A stretch of DNA of 64,000 nucleotides from Vulcanimicrobiota bacterium. GTDB lineage: Bacteria > Vulcanimicrobiota > Vulcanimicrobiia > Vulcanimicrobiales > Vulcanimicrobiaceae. Numbering within the stretch: position 1 is the stretch's first letter; each line of letters starts with the position of its first letter. Made by a program: the position numbers and the translations under genes. Where the stretch lies: the NCBI GenBank assembly GCA_963820825.1, contig CAWGBN010000007.1, forward strand, positions 192,001 through 256,000, in the 5' to 3' direction. The notes beneath the pieces were generated by a model, which saw nothing but the letters and a program-made list of their open reading frames with translations, had not been told where the DNA came from and made no database searches. Positions 10,881 through 19,956 of this stretch are shown here, one piece after another.

Positions 10881-11318
10881 ATGAAGCCACTCGATCTCCG
10901 AACGCAGCCGCCGCGTCCCCCGCGCGAGACCCTGCTGGGATTCTACTTCTTGCCGCGCACCATCGATAAGCTGCGTGCCGAACTGCCCGGAGGAAACCCC
11001 GGTGCGTACCTCAACCACGAGAACGGATTCAGCGCTTACGTCGTTAGGCGATTAGGTTTGAGTATGAACGAGTTCCGTGACGCGGTCGCAAACGCCGCCG
11101 ACGAGGCTGCGACCGTGGAGTGGCTCGCCGCACGAATCGACCTCGCGGCTGCCCCCGCGCTCAACGCAAAGCTCGAAACATTCGTCGCGGAACGCATGTT
11201 GGTCGCCGATCGGGTCCTCTTACGCGAGCGCCACCCCGTGCTCGCGGAACGGCCCGACCTCTCAAAGATCCTCGATATCCTCGAAGCCGACGATCGAGCC
11301 GCCTTCCCAAGCCTCTAA
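10881..11318 (+). CDS. DUF5069 domain protein
   Basis: MKPLDLRTQPPRPPRETLLGFYFLPRTIDKLRA..PG...G.Y, recognised as the DUF5069 N-terminal pattern. Start at the ATG at 10881. Confidence 0.75.
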   Translation: MKPLDLRTQPPRPPRETLLGFYFLPRTIDKLRAELPGGNPGAYLNHENGFSAYVVRRLGLSMNEFRDAVANAADEAATVEWLAARIDLAAAPALNAKLETFVAERMLVADRVLLRERHPVLAERPDLSKILDILEADDRAAFPSL

Positions 11319-11459
11319 GAGCGCGGCTCGCCGCTGGCTAAACACGATGAGCCCCTCTCCCGTTGCTTCTTTCCATCCCGCCCGTGCCGCCGCCGGCGTC
11401 TAAAGCCTCTCGCCGGGCGTCGCGCCAGAACGACTCGGCTTTCTCGCCATTAAGAGTCT

Positions 11460-12611
11460 CTATTGTTCGAGTTCGTGCAGCGTGTTCGTTTCGGTGTCGG
11501 TATAGAACAACACCGTATCGCTGTCGCTCGTACCGGCCGCAAGGAGTCCGAAGACGTGAGCGGTCGCGCTCGTGTCGATGCTTTTGGTGGCGAGCACCTT
11601 TCCCGCCGGCGTCAGCTCCACAAGCTTGTTCCCACCTTTGGTATTCGCAACGACGAGATTTCCGTTCGGTAGCAGGGCTGACGCTACCGGCGCATTGAGC
11701 GGAGAGCCACTATAGACGAGCGTCGCGCACGTGTCTTTCGGGTGAGCGCATTTGAATTTCTTTCCGCCCGGCTGCACGACGATCTCGTCCTTCTGAAGTA
11801 GAGCGCTGGCGGTCGAGACGGCGACGACCGTGTTATCGACCCCATCCACGATATAGAGCGTGTCGTTGCAAAGGCTGCCGGTTCTTTTGTTATTGTACTG
11901 TATTCCCGATGGACCCAAGACGCTCCAACCGGAGCCCTTATTAACCCCGAAGCCGCTTATAACTTCGATCGTCGTCGTTTTACCGCTAACGGGAACGAAT
12001 GCCAACTTGACAATCGCGCCGGTCTTGGCATCCGCGACGTAGATGTCCTCAGGCGCGTACGGCAGACCGCAGAACGCATCGGCGTCGGCGAACGGAGCCT
12101 CGATGTGCGAACCGTAACTCTTCTGGAGCGAACCGTTTTGGTCGAACTGAGAGACGAGACCGCCGAGCATCCCCGCGCCGTAGACGTGATTGTTCTCAGT
12201 GACTGCATCGCCGTCGCATCCCTTTACCTTAGCGCTTTGCGTAAAGGTCGCCGGCTTGGAGTGCGGTTTTGGATTGAGTATTTCGATTGTCGTGCCTTTG
12301 CCGGCGGCACCGGCAGAGTCTTCGAAGTTGCAGACGAGCAGCTGTCCCTTCTTGAGCCCGAAGGTCGATCGAACCAGGGAGATCGCGCGCGGCCCCATGT
12401 CGCCATTCTTACTATCGACTGTCGAGCCGATGTCGACGTCCTTCGTAAGTTTTTTCAAAATCGAGGTCGTGTCGTTTGGTACGACCGAACCCGCGCTTAG
12501 TGCAGAAACTTGCGCTGCTCCGCTTGGAACGGTGGTGTTTCCCCCACACGCCGACGTAGCGAGAAGTGTTCCCGCGATCAGCACAAGCACGCGATTGTCG
12601 AAAGTTGGCAT
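11460..12611 (-). CDS. Hypothetical lipoprotein (beta-propeller-like)
   Basis: SD GAGG; signal MPTFDNRVLVLIAGTLLATSAC; motifs LLVCNF, LYIVDG and LLPNGNLVVAN. Confidence 0.7.
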   Translation of the reverse strand: MPTFDNRVLVLIAGTLLATSACGGNTTVPSGAAQVSALSAGSVVPNDTTSILKKLTKDVDIGSTVDSKNGDMGPRAISLVRSTFGLKKGQLLVCNFEDSAGAAGKGTTIEILNPKPHSKPATFTQSAKVKGCDGDAVTENNHVYGAGMLGGLVSQFDQNGSLQKSYGSHIEAPFADADAFCGLPYAPEDIYVADAKTGAIVKLAFVPVSGKTTTIEVISGFGVNKGSGWSVLGPSGIQYNNKRTGSLCNDTLYIVDGVDNTVVAVSTASALLQKDEIVVQPGGKKFKCAHPKDTCATLVYSGSPLNAPVASALLPNGNLVVANTKGGNKLVELTPAGKVLATKSIDTSATAHVFGLLAAGTSDSDTVLFYTDTETNTLHELEQ

Positions 12612-12837
12612 CCCAAACCTCAATCCGGACGCAGTGATCACGCAGTCGGGTTCGAAGTGCTCCCTTCGTCGCCTGCAAGAAGTACGCTTGACCTGGGGTA
12701 AGACCAAGCCTCGCAAGATCGGCGGCACGAGCCCGGTAAAAAGCGCTCCCTGACGGGCGACTTCTACCCGCCGGGCGGCGCGGTCTCGGTCGAGAAGCTA
12801 ACCTGCGATCGTTTCTACTTAAGAAGGGAGCAGTGTC

Positions 12838-13872
12838 ATGAATATGGCTGGTTTAATGAAATACGCCGGCGCGCTGGTTGCAGTCGCGCTATGCTCGGCA
12901 TGCGCCGGCGCCCTTCGACAGGCTCAGGGTGACCTGGCGGTCGCGCCGTCAACCGCCGCGGCCAATAGCCGATACATCGGTAGAACGCTCTTCGTGAACG
13001 GAATGCCGGTAACGGCAGCGCGCGCGAATCTGAGCCCGCTGCCCCGCTATGCGACGATTCTTCCCGACCGGCATCGGAAGAAGAAACTTGAGTACGTCAT
13101 CAACTTTTACGGCACCTACGCCACGATCTTCGACTACCCGAAGAGCGATAAACAGATCGGTACGATCGATGACGTCGGGGGCCAGGGTTGCACGAACGTC
13201 CTCCACGGCTATGGGGAGAAAAACTTCTGGATCGTCGCGGCGTACAACCAGATCACGGAGTATACGGTTCCCCAGAAGCCGATCAAGACGCTCTCCGTCT
13301 CCGACGGCAGCATGCCATCGAGCTGTGCCATGAATACGGCCGGCGACCTTGCAGTCGGGATCTTGGATGGGCCGTCTACGGGCGATATCGTCATCTACAA
13401 GAACGCGAGCGGCTCCGGCACCTTCATCAAGACGCCGTTGGCCAGAGAGTACTTCGACGGCTACGACAACAAGGGCAATCTCTTCTTCGACGGCTTCACC
13501 AGCGGCTCTGATTTTGCGCTCATCAAACTCCCGCAGGGCAGCAGCCAGCCCCAAGTCATCACGACGAGCAACACCGTGGAGTTCCCCGGCTCGGTCCAGT
13601 GGGACGGCACGTACCTGACCGTCTTCGATCAGTTAACGAACAAGCTGTATCAGTACGATGTCAAGGGCACGAAGGCGACGTTGAAGGGCACCGTATCGTT
13701 CTCGGGTTCCAGCGATTGCGCGCAGACCTGGATCGCGAAGGGCGTCGTCTATTGCGGGGACGCGGGTAACGACAACGGTTCGGTTTTCAGCTACCCGGGC
13801 GGCGGTTCACCGCTTGCGGTCTTTACGGGGAATTTCGACTTCCCGCTCGGCACGGTGGCAGCACAGAAATAA
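12838..13872 (+). CDS. Hypothetical lipoprotein (beta-propeller-like)
   Basis: SD AAGGGAG; lipobox CSAC; motifs YDNKGNLFFDG, FPGSVQWDGTYL and VFSYPGGG. Confidence 0.75.
   Translation: MNMAGLMKYAGALVAVALCSACAGALRQAQGDLAVAPSTAAANSRYIGRTLFVNGMPVTAARANLSPLPRYATILPDRHRKKKLEYVINFYGTYATIFDYPKSDKQIGTIDDVGGQGCTNVLHGYGEKNFWIVAAYNQITEYTVPQKPIKTLSVSDGSMPSSCAMNTAGDLAVGILDGPSTGDIVIYKNASGSGTFIKTPLAREYFDGYDNKGNLFFDGFTSGSDFALIKLPQGSSQPQVITTSNTVEFPGSVQWDGTYLTVFDQLTNKLYQYDVKGTKATLKGTVSFSGSSDCAQTWIAKGVVYCGDAGNDNGSVFSYPGGGSPLAVFTGNFDFPLGTVAAQK
12911..12933 (+). repeat. In-frame copy of the palindromic repeat family (CCTTCGAC..GCTCAGGRTGAC)
   Basis: CCCTTCGACAGGCTCAGGGTGAC encodes LRQAQGD and matches the reverse complement of the intergenic unit at 30674-30707. 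Confidence 0.65.
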
Positions 13873-13911
13873 TCTGACTCGCTCGTCTGCCGCCCAGGAG
13901 CCACAAACGAA

Positions 13912-13934
13912 GAGCACCGGTTCTGCCGGTGCTC
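13912..13934 (-). terminator. Intrinsic terminator downstream of ssrA (possibly bidirectional)
   Basis: Perfect 9-bp stem GAGCACCGG/CCGGTGCTC with a 5-nt loop, followed by TTCGTTTGT on the minus strand. Confidence 0.7.
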
Positions 13935-13944
13935 TCGTGTATCT

Positions 13945-14298
13945 TGGTGGAGCTGTCGGGGTACCGCCCCCCGAGTCCAGGATGCCTAACGGGCGCTTTC
14001 TCCAGGCTCAGCTTCGGCTTTTTCTTGATCGAACGTACGCCCCAAAGCGCGGCTTACCGTTCGCTGCAGACCCTTGTTCTCGCACGTGCGTCGGATCGGG
14101 TGCGCGTGCCAGCCCGAATTTATGACCGGAAGGCAGAGTAGTTCGGGCCGACTCTCTGCGTCCGGTGACTAACCTAAATTAGGCAGCCAGTGCGTATTCG
14201 TGATTGGCAGATATTGCCGTTGCGATCGTTTTAGGAGTGCTCGCAACTCCGCCTGCTGACGCCGGCTACAACGTTCCTGTCGAACCTATTTCAGCCCC
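13945..14298 (-). ncRNA. ssrA: tmRNA
   Basis: 5' end GGGGCTGAAATAGGTTCGAC and 3' end ...CAGCTCCACCA form an Ala acceptor stem with a G:U pair. Tag reading frame at 14208-14179 encodes ANHEYALAA*. Confidence 0.95.
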
Positions 14299-14319
14299 AT
14301 GTTGCCAAACGCGACATCC

Positions 14320-14328
14320 AGTATAACA
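14320..14328 (-). promoter_or_regulatory. Extended -10 promoter of ssrA
   Basis: TGTTATACT (TGn + TATACT) about 20 nt upstream of the mature 5' end. Confidence 0.55.
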
Positions 14329-14405
14329 CGGTGGGGCAAGCGCGGGGTTTCGGCGCCGTCCGCCAGTCCGATCGACGGCGGGCGGGCGGCGCCTTGCGCG
14401 CGGAC

Positions 14406-14774
14406 TTAGGCCCTGCGGGCTTCGGCCTGGCTTGAGAGCAGAATAAGCGTCGAGACGATCGTCATGATGATCGCACCATACAGATCGGCCAGCCAGGGAT
14501 TCACGCCGCTGCCGGGATCGTAGAAGTTGATGAAGCGGACGGTGATGACGAAGAGCAGGTAGTTGACCACGAAGGAGAACAACCCGTGCGTCAACCACGT
14601 GAGCGGCAGCGAAATCAGCGTAAGGACCGGTCCGATGATCATGTTGACCAAGCCGAATACGATGGCTGCGCCGATCGCGCTCCAGATTCCGACGTTATGG
14701 TAGAAGCCTGGAACGTACTTTCCGATCAGGTAGAAGACGATGGCATTGATGAGGAACCTGAGCAACCAGTTCAA
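14406..14774 (-). CDS. YvlD/4-TMS 'phage holin family' membrane protein
   Basis: AAIVFGLVNMIIGPVLTLISLPLTWLTHGLFSFVVN signature; start overlaps the uvrC stop. Confidence 0.85.
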   Translation of the reverse strand: MNWLLRFLINAIVFYLIGKYVPGFYHNVGIWSAIGAAIVFGLVNMIIGPVLTLISLPLTWLTHGLFSFVVNYLLFVITVRFINFYDPGSGVNPWLADLYGAIIMTIVSTLILLSSQAEARRA

Positions 14775-16729
14775 GATCGATACCCTCCTTCCAGTTCCTG
14801 TTTAATCTTTGCGGCCAATGCGGGCGTCATCCCTTTGACCGCTGCGATTTCGTCGAGGCCGGCGCGCCGAATCCCGGCCGGCGAGCCGAAGGCGGTGAGC
14901 AGCCGTTTCTTCCGCACCGGACCGACGCCGGCCAGCGCGTCGAGCGCCGACTGCGTCATCGACTTCGCCCGGCGCTGGCGGTGGAAGGTGACTGCGAAGC
15001 GATGCGCTTCGTCGCGAATTCGTTGGATCAAGTGGAGCGCCGGCGAGTTGGGCGGGAGCACGATCGGCTCCGATTGATTGGGAAGGTAGAGCCACTCGTG
15101 CTCTTTCGCCAGCCCCGCGACCGGAAGGCCGGTCATGTCGAGCTCCTCGAGCACCTCGACCACCGCGCTGAGTTGCCCTTTGCCGCCGTCGATGAGCAGC
15201 AGATCCGGCTTTTTATTGAACTTCTCTCTCTTGGCCAAGGCGCGCTCGATCGGCGTGTCGGCATGGTCGGTCTCGCGGCGTAAATAGCGCAACCGGCGGC
15301 GCAGCGTCTCCTGCATCATCGCAAAGTCGTTCGGACCGCGGTCGTATTGGATCTTGAATTTGCGGTACTCGCTCTTCTTCGCCCGCCCCTCGACGAAGAC
15401 GACCATCGACGCGACGGGATTCGTACCCTGAATGTTCGAGACGTCGTAGCACTCGATCCGGTGCGGGGGCTCGGGCAGTTCCAGAGCGTCGGCGAGATCG
15501 GTCAGCGAGCGCGCCTGGGCCGTCTCCTGAACTTCTTGATGCGCCAGGAAGGCCTTGAGATTCTGCTCCGCATTCTTCTGCACGAGCCGAAGGTACTCGG
15601 CGCGCGCGCCCCGCTGCGGCTGCAGAATCCGCACCCGCTGTCCTTTAACGCCCGAGAGCCAAGACTCGATCGTCGCGCGCTCCTCGGGAAGCGCGGTCAC
15701 CAGCAGCTCTTTTGGAACGGCCGCCGCGCTCGCCGTCTTCGCACGCCGCTTCTCCGGAACGGGTGCCTGGTTGTCGCGCGCGATGCGTGAATAGGCCGGC
15801 TCTTCGGGCGCGCCGGCCGTCCGCGCGGTGTAGAACTGCTTGAGAAACTCCGCGGTGAGCACCGCGTCGGGCTGCTCGTAGACGCCCTCGAGAATGAAAT
15901 GCTCCTGGCCGATCAGCTTGCCGCCGCGAACGAGAAAGGCTTGCACGCAGGCCTGCCCCTGCGCGCGGGCGACCGCGACGAGGTCCATGTCGAGCCGCGA
16001 TTTCCATACGACCTTCTGCTCTTCCGTGACGCGGCGCACCGCGACGATCCGATCGCGCAGACGCGCCGCCGCTTCGAAGTTCAGGTGTTCGGCCGCCTCG
16101 CTCATCTCGTGCTGCAGACGCGCGAGCAGCGACTCCTGTTTGCCCTCGAGGAAGAGCACCACCTCGTCGATCGTCCGGTCGTACTCTTCTTCCGTCTGAT
16201 AGCCGACGCACGGCGCGAGACAGCGTTTGATATGGTACTGCAGGCACGGGCGTTTACGCCGGCCGTCGATCGGCTCGCGGCAGGTTCGCAGCGGAAAGAC
16301 CAAGCGCACGAGGTCGATCAGCTCCCGAAGCCCGTGCGCGTTGGTATACGGCCCGAAGTACCGCGCCCCATCGTTGCGCACGAAACGGGTGAACACGACG
16401 CGCGGAAACGCCTCGTTCGTCACCTTCAAATATGGATAGCGCTTGTCGTCGCGCAATCGGACGTTGAACGGCGGCTGATGGCGCTTGATCAGGTTTGCTT
16501 CGAGGATCAAGGCCTCGACTTCGTTCGTTACGACGATCGTGCGGACGTCGGTAACTCTCTCGACCATCGCGGTCGTCCGCGGATGGTGCACCGCACCCTC
16601 TTGGAAGTACGAGCGCACGCGGTTGCGCAGCGATATCGCCTTGCCGATGTAGAGAATCTCGCCGTCGCGCCCGACCATCAGGTAAACGCCCGGGGCGTCC
16701 GGGATCTGCGCGAGCTGGACCGGCGTCAC
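14771..16729 (-). CDS. uvrC: Excinuclease ABC subunit C
   Basis: GIY-YIG domain (PGVYLM..ILYIGKA), UVR domain, RIECYDVSN, LLIDGGKGQ, IRDEAHRFA and C-terminal HhH. Confidence 0.97.
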   Translation of the reverse strand: MTPVQLAQIPDAPGVYLMVGRDGEILYIGKAISLRNRVRSYFQEGAVHHPRTTAMVERVTDVRTIVVTNEVEALILEANLIKRHQPPFNVRLRDDKRYPYLKVTNEAFPRVVFTRFVRNDGARYFGPYTNAHGLRELIDLVRLVFPLRTCREPIDGRRKRPCLQYHIKRCLAPCVGYQTEEEYDRTIDEVVLFLEGKQESLLARLQHEMSEAAEHLNFEAAARLRDRIVAVRRVTEEQKVVWKSRLDMDLVAVARAQGQACVQAFLVRGGKLIGQEHFILEGVYEQPDAVLTAEFLKQFYTARTAGAPEEPAYSRIARDNQAPVPEKRRAKTASAAAVPKELLVTALPEERATIESWLSGVKGQRVRILQPQRGARAEYLRLVQKNAEQNLKAFLAHQEVQETAQARSLTDLADALELPEPPHRIECYDVSNIQGTNPVASMVVFVEGRAKKSEYRKFKIQYDRGPNDFAMMQETLRRRLRYLRRETDHADTPIERALAKREKFNKKPDLLLIDGGKGQLSAVVEVLEELDMTGLPVAGLAKEHEWLYLPNQSEPIVLPPNSPALHLIQRIRDEAHRFAVTFHRQRRAKSMTQSALDALAGVGPVRKKRLLTAFGSPAGIRRAGLDEIAAVKGMTPALAAKIKQELEGGYRS

Positions 16730-17343
16730 CCTGCGCGAGCCGGCTTGGCCCTCATTCGCATGACGATAATCGTAACGATCACGGCAACGACGGCGACGCC
16801 GAGCACGAGATATCCGCCGCGGCGCAGCAGCGGAATGACCGCCGAGAGGTGCGAGCCCAGCGCGCTGCCGAGCAGAATCAAGAACGTACAGAAGATCAGC
16901 GAGCCCAGAAAGGTCCAGGCGTAGAAGAGCCAGAGGTTCATCTCCGCGATGCCCGCCGGGATCGCGGAGATCCCGCGGACGAATGGCAAAAAACGGCAGA
17001 CGAAGATGGCGAACGTTCCCCAGCGTTCGAAGAAGCGGTGCATCCGCATCAGGCGATCGTGGCTGAAATGAACGTACTTTCCGTAGCGTTCGATGAGCGG
17101 CACGCCGCCGTAACGCCCGATCGCGTAGCCGACCGTGCCGCCGCCTAACTCACCCGCCAGCGCGACGGCGATCGTGAGCCAGAGCGTCCCAAGATGGCCG
17201 TTTGCGGTAAGCGCGCCGGCGACCGGAAGAACGATCTCGCTGCCGATCGGCACGCCGAAATTCCCTAGCGCCAGTGCGATGAAGAGCCCGAAGTATCCGT
17301 AATGATCGATCAGCCCGGTAACGGCTTGCTGAAGGTGCTCCAC
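16726..17343 (-). CDS. DedA family membrane protein
   Basis: GVPIGSEIVL, GYAIGRYGG and RFLPFVRGISAIPAG. Confidence 0.92.
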   Translation of the reverse strand: MEHLQQAVTGLIDHYGYFGLFIALALGNFGVPIGSEIVLPVAGALTANGHLGTLWLTIAVALAGELGGGTVGYAIGRYGGVPLIERYGKYVHFSHDRLMRMHRFFERWGTFAIFVCRFLPFVRGISAIPAGIAEMNLWLFYAWTFLGSLIFCTFLILLGSALGSHLSAVIPLLRRGGYLVLGVAVVAVIVTIIVMRMRAKPARAG

Positions 17344-17351
17344 GAAGCTCG

Positions 17352-17757
17352 TTACTCGACGGGGGAGACCGTGTTTCGGGAAGCGGCGCGCCGGAGAATC
17401 TCCGCCGCCGAGCTGCCGCCCTCGGCCCGCAACGCTTCGAAGAGCTCGAACGGTCCGACCTCACGCTCTCCCGCACGCTCCTCGGCGAGCGCGACGATCC
17501 GGCGCAGTCGCGGCGTGATCAGGATACCTTCCCAGAGGCGGTCGTCGCCGGTGCCGAGCGCTCGGCGAACCTGCGCGTGCACCTCGGGCACGTCGATGCC
17601 GGCCTCGTCGAGTGCCCGCAGCGTCGCCGGGTCCCGCTCCTCGAGCAGGGCCGCGAGCAAGTGTTCCGCACCAACGTAATAATGGCTATGGTTCCGGCAC
17701 TCTTGCTCGGCGATCCGAAGCACGCGCCGCGCGGCCGAATTAAAATTTCGAGAACAA
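17352..17757 (-). CDS. Stand-alone Clp N-terminal domain protein
   Basis: ARRVLRIAEQECRNHSHYYVGAEHLLAALL and TPRLRRIVALA. The likely true start is TTG (MFSKFNS...) after GGAAGG, with one extra T in a homopolymer near 17743. Confidence 0.75.
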
Positions 17758-17778
17758 GGTCCTTCCGAGGAGGGGCTA

Positions 17779-17852
<74 letters not shown>

Positions 17853-17960
17853 ACGAACCTCGTAGCTTGCACAGTCCCACGCCGGCCTCCTTGTGGCGTG
17901 GTGCAGGGCCCACGCAAGCCAGGGTAAAACTGAGATTCTTCTGAACCCCGTTCGCTATTC

Positions 17961-18635
17961 ATGAGATACGTGATCGTCGGGTGCGGACGCGTCGGATCTG
18001 CGCTCGCGAAACTCCTCGACTCCGACGGACACGAAGTAATCGTTGTCGACGAAAATGCCGCTGCATTCAAGCGGCTTGGTTCGAAATTCAAGGGACACGA
18101 GGTGGTCGGCACCGGCATCGATTACGACGTGCTCAAGCGGGCTGGCGCGGTAGGAGCCGATGGTTTCGTCGCGGTGACCAACGGCGACAACCGCAACATC
18201 ATGGCCGCCCTGATCGCGCAGCGCATGTTTAAGATCCCGCGCATCGTCGCGCGCATCTACGATCCGCCGCGCGGACAGATGTATCGCGACCTCGGCGTAC
18301 AGACGGTCTGCCCGACGACCGTCGGCGCGAAGATGATTCGCGACGTGCTCATCGAGGCGCCGTGGGATACGCAGAACTTCGACCTCGGCAAGCTCACCTC
18401 GCTCTCGGTGGTGGTCGGGCCAAAGGACGCCGGCAAGCGCATCGACGAGATCGAAGCGCCGGGACGCATTCGTATTGCCGCGGTGCGACGCGGGGTCAAC
18501 GAGGTAACCGTTGCGTCGAGCGATCTGGTGCTCGAGGAGGGCGACGAGCTCAGCGCCGTCGTCGCGCCCAACGCCATCAGCGATTTCGCGCAGCGCTTCC
18601 CGCAGGTCGCGCCTCGCACCAAGGTAACCGCCTAG
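17961..18635 (+). CDS. trkA: TrkA/KtrA family RCK potassium-gating subunit
   Basis: IVGCGRVG Rossmann motif, AVTNGDNRN and an RCK_C-like tail. Confidence 0.9.
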   Translation: MRYVIVGCGRVGSALAKLLDSDGHEVIVVDENAAAFKRLGSKFKGHEVVGTGIDYDVLKRAGAVGADGFVAVTNGDNRNIMAALIAQRMFKIPRIVARIYDPPRGQMYRDLGVQTVCPTTVGAKMIRDVLIEAPWDTQNFDLGKLTSLSVVVGPKDAGKRIDEIEAPGRIRIAAVRRGVNEVTVASSDLVLEEGDELSAVVAPNAISDFAQRFPQVAPRTKVTA

Positions 18636-18636
18636 C

Positions 18637-19317
18637 ATGTTTATCCTCATCGTCGGCGGCGGGAAGGTCGGAACCTATCTCACGCGCGCGCTGCTCAAGC
18701 AGGGTCACGAGGTCGTCGTCATCGAGAAGGACGATCGCAAAGCGAAGATGCTCGAGCGCCTGATCGACCGCCAGGTGACGGTGGTCGGCGACGGCTGCGA
18801 TCCCTACGTGCTCGAGGCCGCCGGCGTGAATCGCGCCGACGTGGTCGTCGCCGATACCGGCGACGACGAAGACAATCTGGTCGTCGTCCTGCTCGCAAAG
18901 CGCAAGTCCAAAGCCCGCTGCATCGCGCGCGTCAACAACCCGGCAAACAAGCTCATCTTCAACTCGCTCGACTCCGACGACCCGGTCATCGTCATCTCCT
19001 CGACCGAGCTCATCCTCGACGTGCTCAACGAACACGTCAACGCTTCGAAGTACCGATCGATGCTCGAGACGATGCACCTCTTCGGCAAGGGCGACATGCA
19101 GCTGGTGAAGATGGCGATTCCGGAACAATCGCCGGTCGCCGGCAAGCGCCTCGCCGAGATCGACTTTCCGCACAACTCGGTCGTCGTTGCGGTCGATCGA
19201 CCCGAGCACGATCTCGAAATTCCGACCGGAGATACCACGCTGAACGCCGGCGATTCGATGATCGTGATCGTCAAGAACGGCGCGGGCGAACGGATTCGCG
19301 CGATCGTCGGCGGCTAG
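18637..19317 (+). CDS. trkA: TrkA/KtrA family RCK subunit (second paralog)
   Basis: IVGGGKVG, DTGDDEDN, IARVNNP and RCK_C SPVAGKRL...IPTGDTTL. Confidence 0.9.
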   Translation: MFILIVGGGKVGTYLTRALLKQGHEVVVIEKDDRKAKMLERLIDRQVTVVGDGCDPYVLEAAGVNRADVVVADTGDDEDNLVVVLLAKRKSKARCIARVNNPANKLIFNSLDSDDPVIVISSTELILDVLNEHVNASKYRSMLETMHLFGKGDMQLVKMAIPEQSPVAGKRLAEIDFPHNSVVVAVDRPEHDLEIPTGDTTLNAGDSMIVIVKNGAGERIRAIVGG

Positions 19318-19953
19318 ATGTAGCCCTTTCGCAGGGCGACGACGGCGGCTTGCGTCCGGTCGGCGGCAGAGAGCTTCTCGAGAATATCGCGGATGTGCCC
19401 CTTCACCGTTCCTAAGCCGATGATGCAATCCCTCGGCGATTTCGGAGTTCGCGCGGCCGTCGGAGATCAGGCGAAGGATCTCGGTCTCGCGCGGGGTCAG
19501 CGGCGAGAACTTGGGGTCGGAGGATCTCTCCGACGAGAAGCGCGCCAAGACGACGTGCGCGATTCGCGGATCGAAGTACGCGCCGCCCTCGCCGGCGATC
19601 CGAACCGCATCGACGATCCGATCCGGATCCGAGCTCTTGAGACAGTAGGCGTCGGCGCCGGCCGCCAGCGCTGCAAGAACTTCTTCTTCGAGGTCGACCA
19701 TCGTCACGATGACGACACGCGTCGACGGGAGCTCCGCGCGCACCCGTTTGGTCAACGCAACGCCGTCGAGCGCCGGGATGCCGATATCGATCACCGCGAC
19801 GTCGGGGCGTTCGCGCGCAATCGCCTCCCAGCCGGTAAGCCCGTCGGCCGCCTCGGCAACCACGTCGCACGAAGATTGCAACGCCGTGCGCAGGCCCGCG
19901 CGCGTGAGCGCGTGATCTTCGACGATGACGACGCGGGTGCGCTGCCCTTCCAC
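19314..19953 (-). CDS. NarL/LuxR-family response regulator (one frameshift near 19420)
   Basis: REC domain VVIVEDH, VIDIGIP, GADAYCLK; LuxR HTH LTPRETEILRLI...NSEIA, continuing after the shift as GTVKGHIRDILEKL...RTQAAVVALRKG. Confidence 0.88.
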
Positions 19954-19956
19954 GTA

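Noticed and set aside
14406..14774. 'Phage holin' gene as evidence of a prophage at ssrA
   Set aside because: YvlD-type proteins are common chromosomal genes near uvr genes. No phage genes, integrase or duplicated ssrA 3' end were seen.
18577..19953. 458-aa response regulator with a long C-terminal extension
   Set aside because: The extension is antisense to trkA and results from one frameshift. The LuxR HTH finishes in another frame at 19314.
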